Below are positions 13,406 to 28,107 of a stretch of 64,000 nt of DNA, piece by piece; position 1 is the stretch's first letter, and the number at the start of each line of letters is the position of its first letter. The DNA is from Eledone cirrhosa (lineage: Eukaryota), in assembly GCA_964016885.1 (NCBI GenBank), contig OZ024743.1, positions 362,080,001-362,144,000 on the forward strand, given 5' to 3'. A program made the translations under genes and the position numbers. Under the pieces are notes generated by a model. It saw only the letters and a program-made list of their open reading frames with translations, searched no databases and was not told the DNA's origin.

Positions 13406-14929
13406 GTTAAATTTGACATACTTTTGTATTACTCAACGCTTTCGTGGTCCTAAATACTACCACGCTTTTCAGATTCAATCATGGAGAAAAAGTACGAAGA
13501 AATCATAAACATTACTCGCTGCTAACGACTACTTCCATAATAAGCTGAAGTGAGGACAATTCTCAGGTTTCGTAACGTCCGTCATATTTACCGGTGGCAT
13601 TCCGTTGGAGAACTGTTCTCAACGGAACACACTAGAAACTGCACCACTAGAGACGGCATAGATGCCATGAACATCATCATCATCGTTAACTTCTTCATCA
13701 TCACCATTATCATCATTACCATCATCATTACCATTATTGTCATTATTACTGTCTTATAGCCGCTGCGCAGACTGCTACAGATTTTTTTTCCCGTCTGACA
13801 CGATCCTGATATATACTAGCGATGACCTCTGCAATCAGCAGTTGGTCCCTGTCGCTTAATAGCTCCTGGATTTGTTGTAGATATGCTTCGTCTCAAGACT
13901 TGGCTTCCCCATGCCATATCATTCTCAATGTTTGATCTAAACATCTGAACTGGCGGGGAACCACCAAGTGGAACAGAGGGAATGGTTTTGTACTTTCGTA
14001 TGACTTTGATCATCTTCACGAGAACTTCCCAAACATTTTCGGTTATATTCCATCAGCGATACCACTGTAAAGTTGAGTAACATATGTTGAAAATTCCCTA
14101 TTGTTTTTTTTGTTGTTTTTTTCTTGTCTTATCAAAGCATTTATTAGTTAAATATAGGAGACGGTTTTTACGAGCAAAGAACCTATTTTATATTTTTCGC
14201 AATGTTTTCCCTCGCCACATCTTGTCTTTTAATGTTTACCTACCAGGCCTTTGAATTCCTGTGCATGTACTTGGTATTCTAATACCCTCTTGGTGGTGGT
14301 AGAGTGCAAATTGGAAATCGCTGATATACACAATTAATCCGGTTTCATCAATATCTACGGATACCTAGACTCACGGATTACACAAATCGTAGATACACCA
14401 TGCTTTAACGGTCCCAGTATCTAGATAACTAAACACTTTGAATCTCTAAGCGCATTAAAAGCACTCCAGAACATTAAGGCAATACTAGCAAAAAAACCGC
14501 CTTCGAGTGGTTTTCTGCTAGCATACGTAGTGTGCATATTGGTATTATACGCGAATATATATGCATATAGTTATGTAATAAACAACATAAGATGATTAAT
14601 TCATTTACCAATGGATTCTTGAAGAGCTTGACACTTATGTCTGTCTTCATTCATCAAAATAGGTATATTATTGAATGAAATACAGGGTGTTTCAAAAAAT
14701 TTGATATCAATGGCCTGTTCCCAAGGTTGTCACATTGAAATATATATTGTGAATTAATGTTATAACGTGGACATGTTTTGAGGAATAGATCTTGTGTTAC
14801 TCAACATGGAGCCTGCTTAGTCTCGTTGTCCTAGACCTTGTAGGTTCTGGGACATTTACATCTCAAATGATATTAAAATCTCAAAGGATATTAAATTGTT
14901 TGAAAAACCCTGTAAAATAACGGGCATAA

Positions 14930-15960
14930 ATTGATTTCTCGAAGACCTGCTGCAGTGTAAATGTTTGATCGGCTGTACTGCATCCGCGGCGAAAACCGTA
15001 CTGTTCATAAGCTAGCTTGGACTCGACAATCTCCTGGCATGTCATTGCCAGACACATAGCATAAACTTTAGCGGGTAGGCTTAACAAGATCCCTGTATAA
15101 CTGAAACAATCTCTATTGTCTCGCTCTTTGAAAATTGGGATTATCACTCCAAATTACCATTGCTTAGGTGCATTTCCAGAGATCCAGACGACCCGACACA
15201 CATGAGAAAGCCAGAGAGTACGTTCTCTATGTAAAGCTTTTAAGATAATCGGACCGGATTTCATCTTCCCCAAGGGCTTTACCACATTTTAGCTCTTTAA
15301 CTGCTCTTGTGACCTCAGACTCTGAGAGATTGGATACAGCTCCCAGATGCACCTCGTTTACATCAGAATATGCTGTTATGATCGGGTTTAGGAGATCAGC
15401 GAAGTATTCTCGGATTCCAATTAACCTCAGATACCTCATATGTCTTAACTTTGGCTGCTATTACCGTCTCTGCTGCGATTCTTGCTGCACGCTTGTACCA
15501 CTAGTGTAAGAAGGAGGATTCATTTTTATGGCAAGCTTTGTAGGCCTCATTCGTTGCTTGGAGGGCATGTTTCACCTCTTGATTGAACTAAGGGGTCCTC
15601 CTGCCATCCCATGCCACACCAAGCCTCTTTTGCCCGCAGCATTTAACAACTGAATCAGAAACTTGTGAGCTGAATAGTCCCCATTCTGTCTTCACATTTT
15701 CAATTTGCTCAGGGCGATCTCTGAATCTAGATGCAATAGTATCTGCATACCTGTTCAGACTTTCTAATCAACCAATGTTTCCCATTTTATTCTGTAGGTC
15801 GTGCTGGATCTGCCAGTTTTGTGGATTTCTTTGGCTTTATGTAATCTCAGGCTGCAGATAACTAGATGGTGATCAATTGACAGCTCAGCCTTTCTCTAAA
15901 CACAAACATACAGCACAGAATCAAAGAGATCAGAGACAATAACAAAATAAGTCATGCAAA
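14930..15960 (-). pseudogene. Decayed RTE-type LINE ORF fragment (endonuclease C-terminus to RT N-terminus)
   Basis: CGKALGEDEI, IIPIFKERDNRDC.SY.GI, QYGFRRGCSTADQTFTLQQVFEKS, and a DHHLVIC endonuclease motif near 15870. Confidence 0.75.
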
Positions 15961-16811
15961 CCTGTCTAGGCCAGTTTATGTGGTTGTTAATCAGGAAGGG
16001 GGGAGTTTGTGCACTGGAATAATAGCAGAGTTTTGTAGAGCGTGATAGCTAGAAAGTATTTTGGATTTATTTCTACCAGCTTCATTATGGTTAAAAATGA
16101 GTTTTACTGGTTGGTGTCTGGAGTTGTTGATGCACAGCTAGATATAGCGATGGTTAAATATATGTTTGCTTTTGTTGGTTTTGCATTTGTTACCATCTAG
16201 ATAGCTGCATACTTACAGCTTCGAATAATGTTTGAACCAGCACTGTTACAGCAGGGGATGTTTTAGTTTGGGCAGGATATGGGATTGGAGACTTCTTTTT
16301 ATGAAAGTATGTCGAGAAACTGGCAAATGAATGAAAGGCAATTTCGTTGCAGGCATTATCTCTTGTGTGAGGAATAGGGCAGATTTTAAACATCCAGTTT
16401 ACACGTATAGGTGATATTTAGTTTGATTTTGTGTTTGGTGTTGCTGCGGTTGTTGTAGAAAGATGGTTGCATTAGCAATAGTTGGCGCTGCTTGTATAAA
16501 ATGAACGGTTCGATTCTAAACTACTATGTATCTAATGAATAAAATGACACCAGAGTCGGATCGATCATAATCGATTAAGGCCTTCAGCTTATCAATTACG
16601 AACCACAAGTTACGCGTGATAATGAATAAATGATGTTAAAATGAAACTTCTCTCTTTCTTAATACAAACACTCTGAAAATTACGACTTACCAAACCAATT
16701 CCGCTGAAAATGCACGAGTTCAACATATACACGTAATAACATTCGGTGCATAAATCGGTGCCATATTTGATAATATTACACTACTACTAGTACACACACA
16801 CACACACACAT

Positions 16812-16847
<36 letters not shown>

Positions 16848-16848
16848 C

Positions 16849-17046
16849 AACAGTCGATCGACTATTGTCAAATCGGACCGAGGGAACAATGTTTCCATTG
16901 GTCATTCCAATTGCTAATACTGTCTATCGGTTGCAACTCCAGGTAGAAGGAGCAACGAGAAATAAAGTGTCTTGCTCAAGGACATAACGCATCGCCCGGT
17001 CCAGGAATAGAACTCACAATTCTCTAACGCCTCAGCCACGCGCCTT
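16849..17046 (-). mobile_element. tRNA-derived SINE with a V-domain-like core
   Basis: Minus strand reads ggcgcgtggctgaggcgttag...gagttctattcc...ccttgagcaagacacttt. A homologous copy lies at 62007-62222. Confidence 0.65.
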
Positions 17047-17055
17047 CATAGACAC

Positions 17056-17094
<39 letters not shown>

Positions 17095-17139
17095 TGTAGT
17101 GTGTGTGTGCCTGTGTGTGTGTGTGTATGTATTGTTATA

Positions 17140-17540
17140 ATTTGGGAGGGTCATGCTGCCAATAAAATGTAACTCTCCAGTGAGTTTTTCTTAAATTTAT
17201 TATTTCCGTAAGTTAGTATATTAATTAATAATTGGATGGTTGTTTACTTGTTGATTGTAAAAGGTCTTTCGTCACACATTCTGTGACTTGTTCAGTGACT
17301 AAATGAGTTACTTTGCATCTCAAACTCGGCTCACAAATACAAGATGGTGTAAAACAGAAGAAAGAGGAGACACAAAGGAACAAAAGTAATCACTGAAGAA
17401 GTCACAGAATGTGTAATGAAAAAGCCTTGACAATCAACTACAAAACAACCATGTATTTATTAAACCAACCGACGGAAAATATTAATAAACTGTAGCGAAA
17501 TTCAACTGGTACGTGTATTGTTATTGGCAGCATAACCCAA
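17140..17540. mobile_element. Inverted pair of PLE-type terminal repeats, each with a decayed hammerhead motif
   Basis: Arms ~17140-17300 and ~17388-17540 are diverged reverse complements. Each contains CTGA..gtcacagaatgtgt..GAAA. Confidence 0.55.
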
Positions 17541-18290
17541 CGAAAGTATAATAATATCTGTTTCAATATTCGTTTACACTATTGACACAAACATTCAATT
17601 TATTTCAATAGAAAGTCTGAATTTTGACACCTCATCATGATATCAGCCATACTCACTGAACCAGAACTAATCCCCCCACCTCCCAGTTCTTGACCATTAT
17701 CTTTTGTTTGGCACAAAACTTTCTGACAAACCATACTTTTCTGGCACCTATATTATATGGTAAATCATGTGATAGTGAAAATGGCTGTAAAGAACCCTCA
17801 AACACGAACTGGCGCAAACTTTGATGTACTTATTCACGTGACAGTCATCAACCAACAAAATTATATCCCCCCCCCCCCTTCCTGCAGCAATTCGAGTCAC
17901 ACTATCCACGTAAAACAGAAAGATCTTTCTAACATGAACCAGATGCGAGAGAAACCACAAACCCTCCATCTCAAATTTACTTTTGAAAAGCATAAGAACT
18001 GGTAAAGGAAATAAATAAATATTCTTAAAAAGACTCCAGTTGCATTTTCGATTTCTTTCTCTTGGTCACTCTTCCCTACATGTCTCAGTCTTGGGTGTCC
18101 TTTTACATCACGGATCACAGACCTCCCGCACCAGGACTCAACAGAATTTGATTTACTGCCTTGGGTCCTATTTCTCTCATGGATTCAACTCACCTCTCCA
18201 ATTTCTTTAATACTCCGTCCGTTATCACACACGCGCTTGTATATTCACACCGATTATAATCAGCTGGAAGAGAAAATCGTTTTTGTATAA

Positions 18291-21200
18291 TCTAAACTAT
18301 AATAAAGGAAGGTCTGCGGGTTTATTTCTTTTAATCCAGTTAGTAAAATAAGTTGGATTACTTTGAATAAATAAAGAATGAATATTACATAATTTATGTA
18401 CTAAATTTCGTAAACAAATAATTTCGTAAAAATAATTTTAAATTGACTTCTTTTCAAAGTTGCACTTCCAGTATGTCGTCGCCACCACCACCACTTCAAC
18501 TACCATATATATAGAAAGAGAGAGTGTGTGATGAGAGAGATAGAGAGATTATAATTTTCTACATGCTAACGCGTACGAGTGTGCACATACATACATCTAT
18601 ATGTATGAGTATATAACTATTATGAGTATATAACTATAATCACACAAACACAAACTTATAAAAATAGACGCTCAGGGACATAATTCACACAAATACACAT
18701 ACATTCACACATACTTTCACACAAATACACATACATTCACACATATATTTACGCAAACATACATACATTCACACATACTTTCACATAAACATACATACAT
18801 TCACACATATACCTTTACATAAACACACACATAGAGTCATGATAGCGTTCGGTTTAATTGGAGATGGGAGGGTAAAACAAGTATAACGTTTTATTTATTT
18901 ATTAACTCATTATTTATTTATTAACTCTCTTTTTTTTTACACTCATCTATTTATTAATTTCAAGAACGTCAGTATTCCGTGTGTCCTAATTCTCGATTAT
19001 CATTGGTTCATAGGTTTCAAACAACTCCGCCCACCTCAACGACGGCAAACTGAAATTAATATACATAATGCCAATGAAGGAGTGAGAGGGGAGAGTGTGA
19101 ACGCTGTGTTCAATAACTATTAACATGTGTGCCTGTGTATGTACGTAAGCGTAAGTTTATGTGTGTGTGTGCGTGCAGTGTTCCACAGAAAGTAAAAACT
19201 ATCAACATGTGTGAGTGTGTGTCTGTGTAAGTTTGCGTGCGTGTGCGCGTATCCATGCTTGTATGTGTGTGGCGTTCCACAATCGCCACGCAGTTTATCT
19301 GTCTGTGCGCCTGTCTGTCAGTCTAACATACACAGAGTTGTGAAGGGAGTAAATAGGGACCTTTCTTTACATTGTCGAACATCTTTTGTATTTATTATTG
19401 TTGTCATTTTTTGACAATTGCTAGAAATGAATACTGATAATAAAAGCAATTCGACTTTATCAAACATTGAACTACAGCGGCGACGGCGTGCAGCCAGCAA
19501 TGAAGAAAAACGGGACGAACAGCGCCATCGTAACGCCGAACTTCAGAGGCGAAGACGTGCCGCCATGAATGAAGAGGAGCTGGTTGAACAACGCCAACGA
19601 AACACTGGAGACAAGCAGTGACGGCGTGCTGCGATGGTTGAAGCCGAACTGGCTGAGCATCATCAGCAGATGGCCAGAATTCAGCAGCAACGGCGTGCTG
19701 CGATGGATGAAGAGGAGCTGACTGAACAGCGCCAGCGCAATACAGAAGTTCAGAGAATGTGTCGCCAAAGTGTTCCTCATTCCAGTAAAGAGGCTAGAAG
19801 GCGAACGAATGATATTAAAAATGGATCATGACAACCGTGTCATTTTCAGATTGGTGGACGAGCAGTCTCCATATTGTGGGGCATTGCTTTGGAGGCACGA
19901 AAATACGTGGACCACAATGTGCTGTCATAAAGGAACAGTTCAACTAGAACCCTTGCGAATGCCGGATGATGAGGAGTTACCGGAGTTTAAAATACTAAGT
20001 ATGTGGGGTGATCAAGGAGACCGAGGTAGATTACTGCGCAAATATTCGCGGCAAATTAACAATTCATTAGCTTTAGCATCGCAGAGAGTTAGTGAGATGT
20101 TTGAGAGTGGAGCATGGCAACCGAATGTAGTCATTCAAAGCCGTTTGTATCATTGTATCGGTAATTTAGAAGTTACCCCAGGAGAGAGGCCTCGATTCGC
20201 TCAAATGTACGTTAACGATCCAGAGAATAGTGAATCGGAGGAGGATATAAGGATCGGTTGGATGAAGTTGCCGGGAAATATAACTGATCTTGAACGGCAA
20301 AGGTTAAGTGATTTGATCCGTGATTTGCAATCATGGCTTAGACAGTGTAATCCTTATGTTATGGATTTCATGTTGGTGGCTGAACTGCAAAATGTTCAGC
20401 AGCAAACATTAGTGATTAAGGCTGACGCAGTTCCAAGAAATCAACACGATCGGCGATATAATGCCCCTGAAGGATTTCGTGAAGTTGCTGTGTTGATGGA
20501 CGATAAGCCTGGATCGATAGATATCGTCCCCAATCGCAGAGATGGTAGTCTCGAGACTATCAATGAGTCAAATAGGGCATACGATCCATTGCATTGTGTT
20601 CTTTTATTCCCAAAAGATGAAAATGAACATGAGAATCAGCATCAACAGGGAGGTGGCAATAGACACAATAATATTATTCGCGACTTTTACGCGTTCCATT
20701 TGAACGAGAGGAATCACAGAGAAATGCACTATTTTAAGCCAGCAGTTTGTTCCAGGAATGGCATTCGCAAAGATCGAAAATCAATGGCTAAATTATATAG
20801 CTACACATCAGCAACATATCAGAGCTGAATTGTATAATAATATACAGGATGCGATAACAGCCGATGATGCCAATTACAAGCAAATTGGTCGACGCATCAT
20901 TTTACCATAGTCGTTCATCAGCGACCGAGTTATATGAACATTCACTATCAGGATGCAATGGCTATTGTCAGAAAGTTTGGAAAGCCAGATTTATTTATAA
21001 CGGTTGCATGCAATCCTGAATGGACTGATATTAAGGATGCACCTTTTCCAGGACAACAGCCAAAGTTCCGTCCTGATATTGTGTACTATGCAACTTGGTG
21101 GCAAAGTCAATGGTGCACAACCAATGCGGAGTGGCAAATCGGAAAGCGCCTTGCATGAAAAATGGCCAATGCAGTAAGCACTTTCCGAAATCTTTTGTCA

Positions 21201-24200
21201 CGAACACTTCCTGGAACGATGGGGATGCTCATCCCTCATACAGAAGACGGTCACCTGCAGATGGCGGTTTGGTCGAAAATGTAAACGGTCGACAGGTTAC
21301 AAATCAATGGGTTGTGCCATACTATCCATATTTGATTATGGAATATTGTTGTCATATTAATGTGGAAATTTCTAGCTCAGTGAAAGCTTGCAAATATCTA
21401 TTCAAATATGTTTACAAAGGTCATGATCGGGCAATGATCAATGTCAGGAATGAGGAAGCGAACCAAGGAGATGAAGTTGGCAGGTTCCAGGATGTTCGCT
21501 CGATTGGATCTAGCGAAGCTTGCTGGAGATTGTTCGATTTTGATCTCAATGAACGCAAACCCAGCGTTCAGAAACTGACAGTTCACTTAGAGAATAGGCA
21601 AATGGTCTGTTTTCAGGACACTAGAAGAGGTGTCGAAAGAATTGCTAACGCACCACCTCCTTAGACGGAATTGACTGAGTGGTTCAAGCATATTAGGGAA
21701 CATGCTTTGAACCAGGATCAAAGGCAACTGTACTGCGATTTCCCTTCGCACTATACGTGGGATAAGAAGGGAAAGAAATGGAATGATAGAAAACCAAAGT
21801 TGAGATTCATGACTATTGGATGGGTTTGTAATGTCCATCCAGCATCTGCTGATGTGTTTTATCTCCGAATTTTGTTGCATAATGATTGTTCGAAAGGTAA
21901 ACAGAGCTTCGCTGATTTGAAAACAATCAATGGCGTGCGTGGAATATGAAACATACCAGATTGTGTGTGACTCCTTCAGGATGACGCTGAATGGAATAAC
22001 GCCAGGAACAATACAGATGCCAACTCAAATAAGGCAGTTGTTTGTCACGATTCTAGGATTCTGCAATCCTGCCGATCCAAGAGCGTTATTTGAATGCCAT
22101 TGGAGAATTATGGCTGATGATTTTAGGCATCATCTTCAGGTCAATGATGAAAATTTGATGAAAGCTTTTGTTTTGCTCAATATTGAGCAACTGCTTGAAG
22201 TTCATTTCAAATGTTTAACAGATTTCAATTTGCCAATTCCTGATGAAGAAATACGGCAACGTGTCTTAGCATTGAACATGAGATTGCAGCTGAGACGGTT
22301 GCCACTCGATCGGAGGGAACTATTTCAGTTTGATCGACTGGAACAGCAACTTATTGTGGATGAACGTATACCAATATTAACCTAATCTCAGAGAGAATTG
22401 GGCGATGGCGTTCTCCACTTGATTTCCACTAATGAGCAACTTTGTGATTTCATAGATGCTCCACGAGGCACCGGAAAGACATTCTGTTTCAATACTATGT
22501 TATCGGCAGTCAGAGCTCAGAGGAAGATTGCTCTCCCTGTGGCCACCAGTGGAATCGCTGCCACTTTGCTGAGTGGTGGAAAGACCTTCCACTCATGCTT
22601 CAAAACTCCATTGGCTCCGGATGAGTTGAGTGTCTGTAACATTACAGGACAAAGTGAACTCGTGGACCTTATACGCAATACGTCTCTGATTATTTGGGAC
22701 GAGGCTCCAATGGCACACATATATTTGCTGGAGGCATTGGACAGAACTTTGAGAGATATCTGCGGTAGTGACCTGCCATTCGGTGGTAAGACTATCGTTC
22801 TTGGTGGCAATTTCAGACAGGTGCTACCAATTGTTAGGAAAGCTTAAAGAGCGCAAATTGTCGATGCATGTCTGAAAAAGTCCCCGTTGTGGCGCCATTT
22901 CAGAGTTTTGCGATTACACGATAATATGCGACTTCGTATGTTCGGGCAAAACGAAGAGGCCGAGACATACGGCCGATTGTTGATGTAGTTGGGAAACGAT
23001 GAATTGCCACACGTTGGTGATAATCAGACTGTAAGAATCCCAGACCATTTGGTTATGCCACTGGACCGCCAAGCATTGATTGACTGTGTGTTCCTTAATT
23101 TGAATGCTTTTTGGCAGAATATCTCCTGGATATCGGAACGCGTTATTCTTACTCATACGAATGCAACGGTCGATGAAATAAATTCACAAGTAGCCGGAAT
23201 GTTTCCTGGAGAGGAATGGTTGACCGTCAGTGCGGATGCAATGGAGCCTAATCAGCAGAACAATATGGATTTTCCGACAGAGTATCTGAATTCACTTCAA
23301 ATACCCGCCCCCCCCCCCCCCCCACATATTTGAGCTTGAAAAAGGGTATGCCGATTATATTGCTTAGAAATATCAATCATAAAAGTGGTCTTTGCAATGG
23401 TACCAGATTGATTGTTGAGAGATTGATTAACGGAAGAGTTTTAGAAGCTAAACTCCCAGGCATAGAGGATTCGGTTCTCATTCCGAGGATCATGCTGAGA
23501 CCAAGTGAAGATCTGCTGCCATTCATTTGGCAAAGGAGACAGTTTCCCGTCAATTTGGCCTTCTCCATCACTGTCAAGAAGGCACAGGGACAGACTTTCA
23601 AGCGAGTCGGTGTCTACTTTAATGATCCAGCATTCAGCCATGGGCAACTGTATGTTGCTGCATCTCGAGTGTGCGATCCCGATGGTATAAAATTTGCAAT
23701 TGATACCACTAACAGAGTATTACAGTATTGGTAAAAATTGCTTTCACTGCTATGTTACGCAATAAATACCAACAAGTATTGGTAGAAATTGCCTTCACTG
23801 CTATGAATATTCTACGTAAATGATTCAGACATTGGTATCCTTTGATCAGTATTGTGAGTTTTGATAGAGTTATCATTTCTGTACAATGTCATTTATTGTC
23901 GATAATGAGCAATAAAAAACAAGTATTGGTAGAAATTGCCTTCAAATTTATCGCTTCTGATAGCGGTGGTAATAAAACCTCATCATATGCTGAGTCTGGC
24001 AAAACGTTTGGTGCTTATGGCCGGCCAGGGCTAGAGTAATATTGAAAAACGATTCTATTTTCGAAGTAGAAGGTTCCGCCATTTTGAGTTCAAACCAGGC
24101 CACCTCCCCGAGTTGAACTCTGGGCAACATTGACTGTCTATTACTCAGTGGCTAAGAGCCTGGAAATTACTGAATAAATGTTTGTGTCATATAATTTGTT

Positions 24201-24684
24201 GTTTTATTATTATAGGTGACCACTTATAGATAAGCATGTAATCCATATCCATATTAATTTGGCATTTGTATAAAGCATTTCAAGTAAATAGGGACCTTTT
24301 TTTACATTGACGGACATCTTTTATATTAATTATCTATATCCATATCTACATATCCTATAAAAGATTGGAACTTCCATCATCCTTTTGAGAAACGTGGAAC
24401 AACCACGTCTATGCAATGATACACGTTTTACAGTCAGGCAGAAGATGAACCATCTCCTAGAGGTCACTATTCTAGGTGGGAGCACCTAGAATTGTTCATA
24501 TACTATGCACAAACCGTACAACGAAGAATATGGTATATCTGGAAGATTTTTTTACTGTTTTTTGTATCACACAGACAACTCGCCTCATACTGTAACCAGA
24601 CAAACATCCAATACAGTTATTTTCTCTTTTACCTGTCTTCTCTTATCATCTGTTTACCCGGGCGAAGCTGGGTACGTCAGCTAG
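18291..24684 (+). mobile_element. Full-length decayed autonomous Helitron
   Basis: 5' end A|TCTAAACTATAATAAAGG. 3' hairpin tacccgg-gcgaag-ctgggta followed by CTAG|T. Contains a Rep/helicase pseudogene. Confidence 0.85.
19418..23734 (+). pseudogene. Helitron Rep/PIF1-like helicase, with frameshifts and stops
   Basis: FAQMYVND, AYDPL, YQDAMAIVRKFGKPDLFIT, CHINVE, KYLFKYVYKGHD, GTGKT, IIWDEAPM, GGKTIVLGGNFRQVLP, GLCNGTRL, RRQFPV, KAQGQT, FSHGQLYVAASRV. Confidence 0.93.
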
Positions 24685-24735
24685 TATATATATATATCCG
24701 TATTGAAGTTTGCTTGAAACATTGTGGAATAATAA

Positions 24736-25074
24736 GGTAAATTTCTTTAAGTCGTTTGGAAGCCTCGTCAATGCAGATTGGTAAATCTCCGGGTAAAAAC
24801 ATCCCCCCCCCCCGAAAAAACCCCAGTTGATGGATGTGAATACGAAATATATAGGGACAATTAAATCTCTCCCAAGGTAACTATTTCTCGTGTTGTTATT
24901 TCTTTTTTATCCTTTACGCTCATTCCTTCATTCCTCTACACGTTACAGTCTTATACACGCCACGCATCTCAACGTACACCCACTTACATCTCTCTCTCCA
25001 CCACCGGATCTTGTTACCCGGAGATTTACCCATCTGCATTGTCGAGGCTTCCAAACGACTTAAAGAAATTTACC
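24736..25074. repeat. Foldback element with ~62-bp inverted arms and a ~210-bp spacer
   Basis: ggtaaatttctttaagtcgtttggaagcctcg...ctccgggtaa versus ttacccggag...cgaggcttccaaacgacttaaagaaatttacc. Confidence 0.85.
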
Positions 25075-25799
25075 ATATATTTATTATATTTTACCCCCTT
25101 TTGTTGTCAACCCGTCCCTTTATTTCTTTTTTATATTTTTATTTTTTAAATTTAATTTATTTCCATATCTGTTCCCGTCGTTACCTTCCCAGTTAGATTT
25201 ATGCATGTGTGTGTGTGCCGTGTTTTGTAATTGTACGTTTGTGGTTTCATGCCTATATGTGTATGTGCGGTTATGTACCCGCATGCTTGTCTGTATGTCT
25301 GTGTGTATATATACATCTTTTCAATTACGTCTATGTGCACACTTAAGTGAAAGCGTATGTATGAGAATATGTATGTCTGTGTATACGTGCGGGTATAGGC
25401 AGATGTGTGTATGTATACACATGTTTGTATGTGTTTGTGTGGATATATATATGTGTGTATATACATATATATATATTTATATGTGTATGTATGTAGAGAT
25501 GTGTGTATTTATATGTAAATATTGAGTACGTGCATGTTTGTGTGCCTGTGTGTGCGCATATGTGAGCGAATGATCGCATGTATATGTGTGTATTTCCATT
25601 TCCATGTAGACTCACATATACTTATGTGTGAATGTATAAGTTTACGTACTATTACATATATGCGTATGAGTTTGTGTATGTTTATGTATTTGGATATTTA
25701 TATTTTTTTCCCCTCAATTTAAATTTTCTTTTGAAACTGAATTAGTAACCCACGTTCTCATTTACCTACGATAATGCCCTCGAACGGTGTTACCTTTCT

Positions 25800-26590
25800 T
25801 TTGCCACCAGTAGAAGGCCATTGAGCTATTAGTCAGTCCTGGTGACGACAAATCCCCTGATTCGACAGGGAAACAGTATGTCTACCATCCGCAGGTTTAA
25901 CAGATGGCAATCAGCTCACTATACTTCCTGTTCAATGCATCATTGATGATCGTCTCCCAAGAGATAGTACACTCCACCATCTTCACCACCTTCCTTTCCC
26001 TACATCACAAGATGAGGTCGGGTCTCTTGATGTTAATAAAGGTATTTGCCTTCCAGGTCAACTTAGACCTCCCAGATCCCCTCCCATTTTGGGATCAGTC
26101 TTCTTTTTTACAGTGGCTGGCTTCCATTGTTCTTTATAAAATGTCATCCTGCTTTCCTTCAGTACCTATGGTCTCTCGCCTTTGTTCATTCTGTTCACCC
26201 TCTATTCCACCGCATCAGGCAGTACTCTTAACATCTGATCTTGCCGTCATCTATATCTGTCTGTTCTCCAGGTCCAGTGGGCAACTGAACAGTATGCCTC
26301 TCATCGTTCCAGCCCTCCCTCATTCGCACAGGCCACTCTCTTCTACTTCCCAACTTTTTAGGTTTATGGAACAAAACAGCGAACTAGAAAACTGGTTCTG
26401 GTAAGCTCTCATGACAAGAATTCCCTTCATCTGATCTTCCGCTCAACTTCAACTACACATAGTGACTTCTCAATTCCTCGCTATTTACCTGGTCGTCTAC
26501 AGCAACACTTCGCTCCTTCTTATTCATGGCATAGTATGGTCTAAATTGAGAATTTCCAAGGCCCTTTTCTGTGCATGACCTTCTATATCT
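25800..26590 (-). pseudogene. Highly decayed RTE-like LINE 3' fragment
   Basis: A GSGRSKLTW remnant resembling the GRP..TW motif near 26060, in LINE-like context. Confidence 0.35.
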
Positions 26591-26618
26591 TTGTATCCTA
26601 TACACACACACACACACG

Positions 26619-26718
<100 letters not shown>

Positions 26719-27498
26719 TGTATTAAATAAAAAATCGATTGACATATATATATAAAATAAACACATCAAACCATTACAGGGAATAATTTGTAAAGAGTGT
26801 AAACACACATAGTTACGTAGGTAACATATTGAAAGTTAACGAGCACCTTACAATAATGATTAATCTGTTTGCGATGTAATTGTTTGATGTGTTTATTTTA
26901 TATATATATATATATATAAATTGTCTTGCTCAAGGAAACAACACATCACCCGATCTGAGAATTGATCTCTAAACTTTTCGATTGTAAGCCCAACATCCGC
27001 ATCCTCATCACCATCGTGATCGTCGTCTCTACCACCATTTTACTACCTTTATCATCAACATTTCAATCAACATCATCACCAATATCTGCAGCAGAAACAG
27101 TTGTTGCTCGTTTTAATAGCGATGTTTTATTTTTGATTTTGTTTTTTCATTGTTAATACGTCTAGTGGCACTATCATCACCGTATCTGTGTTACTTAAAT
27201 ATCACCATTAACACACAAAATTTAATTTCATTTTTTAATCACATTTTTAATTGTTTATTTGACTATTACTTGCCTGTTTTGTTTATGTTGTTTCATAATT
27301 TCAATATTTTTTTTTTTCGCTTGTTTCATTAAAACAGCTTTGATCCTCACACGGAAATACCATAATTGGGAAATAGACTGATGCTGTTATTTGATTGGGA
27401 TTAAATCACTAACCAGAACATTGATTAACACATATTGCTTTAAAGCCTGGAAACTAATTAGGTCGAAATTTATGTGCTAATCAAGGGAATATTTTAAG

Positions 27499-27558
<60 letters not shown>

Positions 27559-27621
27559 TTCTCTCTCTCATTCTCTATCTATCTGTCTCTCTCTCTCACA
27601 CACACACATACACACTGGATT

Positions 27622-27660
<39 letters not shown>

Positions 27661-28107
27661 CTTGTTATTCTGGATTTTTGCATGTTTATCACAGGGTCAT
27701 CTTAGCCGCGTAGGAAGATTTATATATATATACACATTCATATATATATATATTTACATACTGTATATTGAATAATATACGGGATGACTATGGAAAACAT
27801 TTGAAGGCCTTTCGCTATTAATTTTTAACGTTGTGGCCATCATCACACAACCAGCCTCAGCATAAACAAGCGGGAAGCAATCGACCACGCCACCGTTTCT
27901 CACTTATTAGCGTTTATCGAGATTACATATCTCATTACTTTTGCTGAAGTTAAAGTAAGCTAGGATCTATAGAATTCTGCTTATGTTTATGAGCTGCTGA
28001 AACTCATTTGCATATGGAACGATAGCCGGCCAGGCATCAAATCAAAAGAATTGTATTGGCGCTCCAACATAGTGATATAAATATAAATGTAAGTATTGTA
28101 TATTGAA

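Noticed and set aside
18650-18830. Regular ~32-bp repeats (CRISPR-like spacing considered)
   Set aside because: Low-complexity minisatellite without unique spacers, in eukaryotic context.
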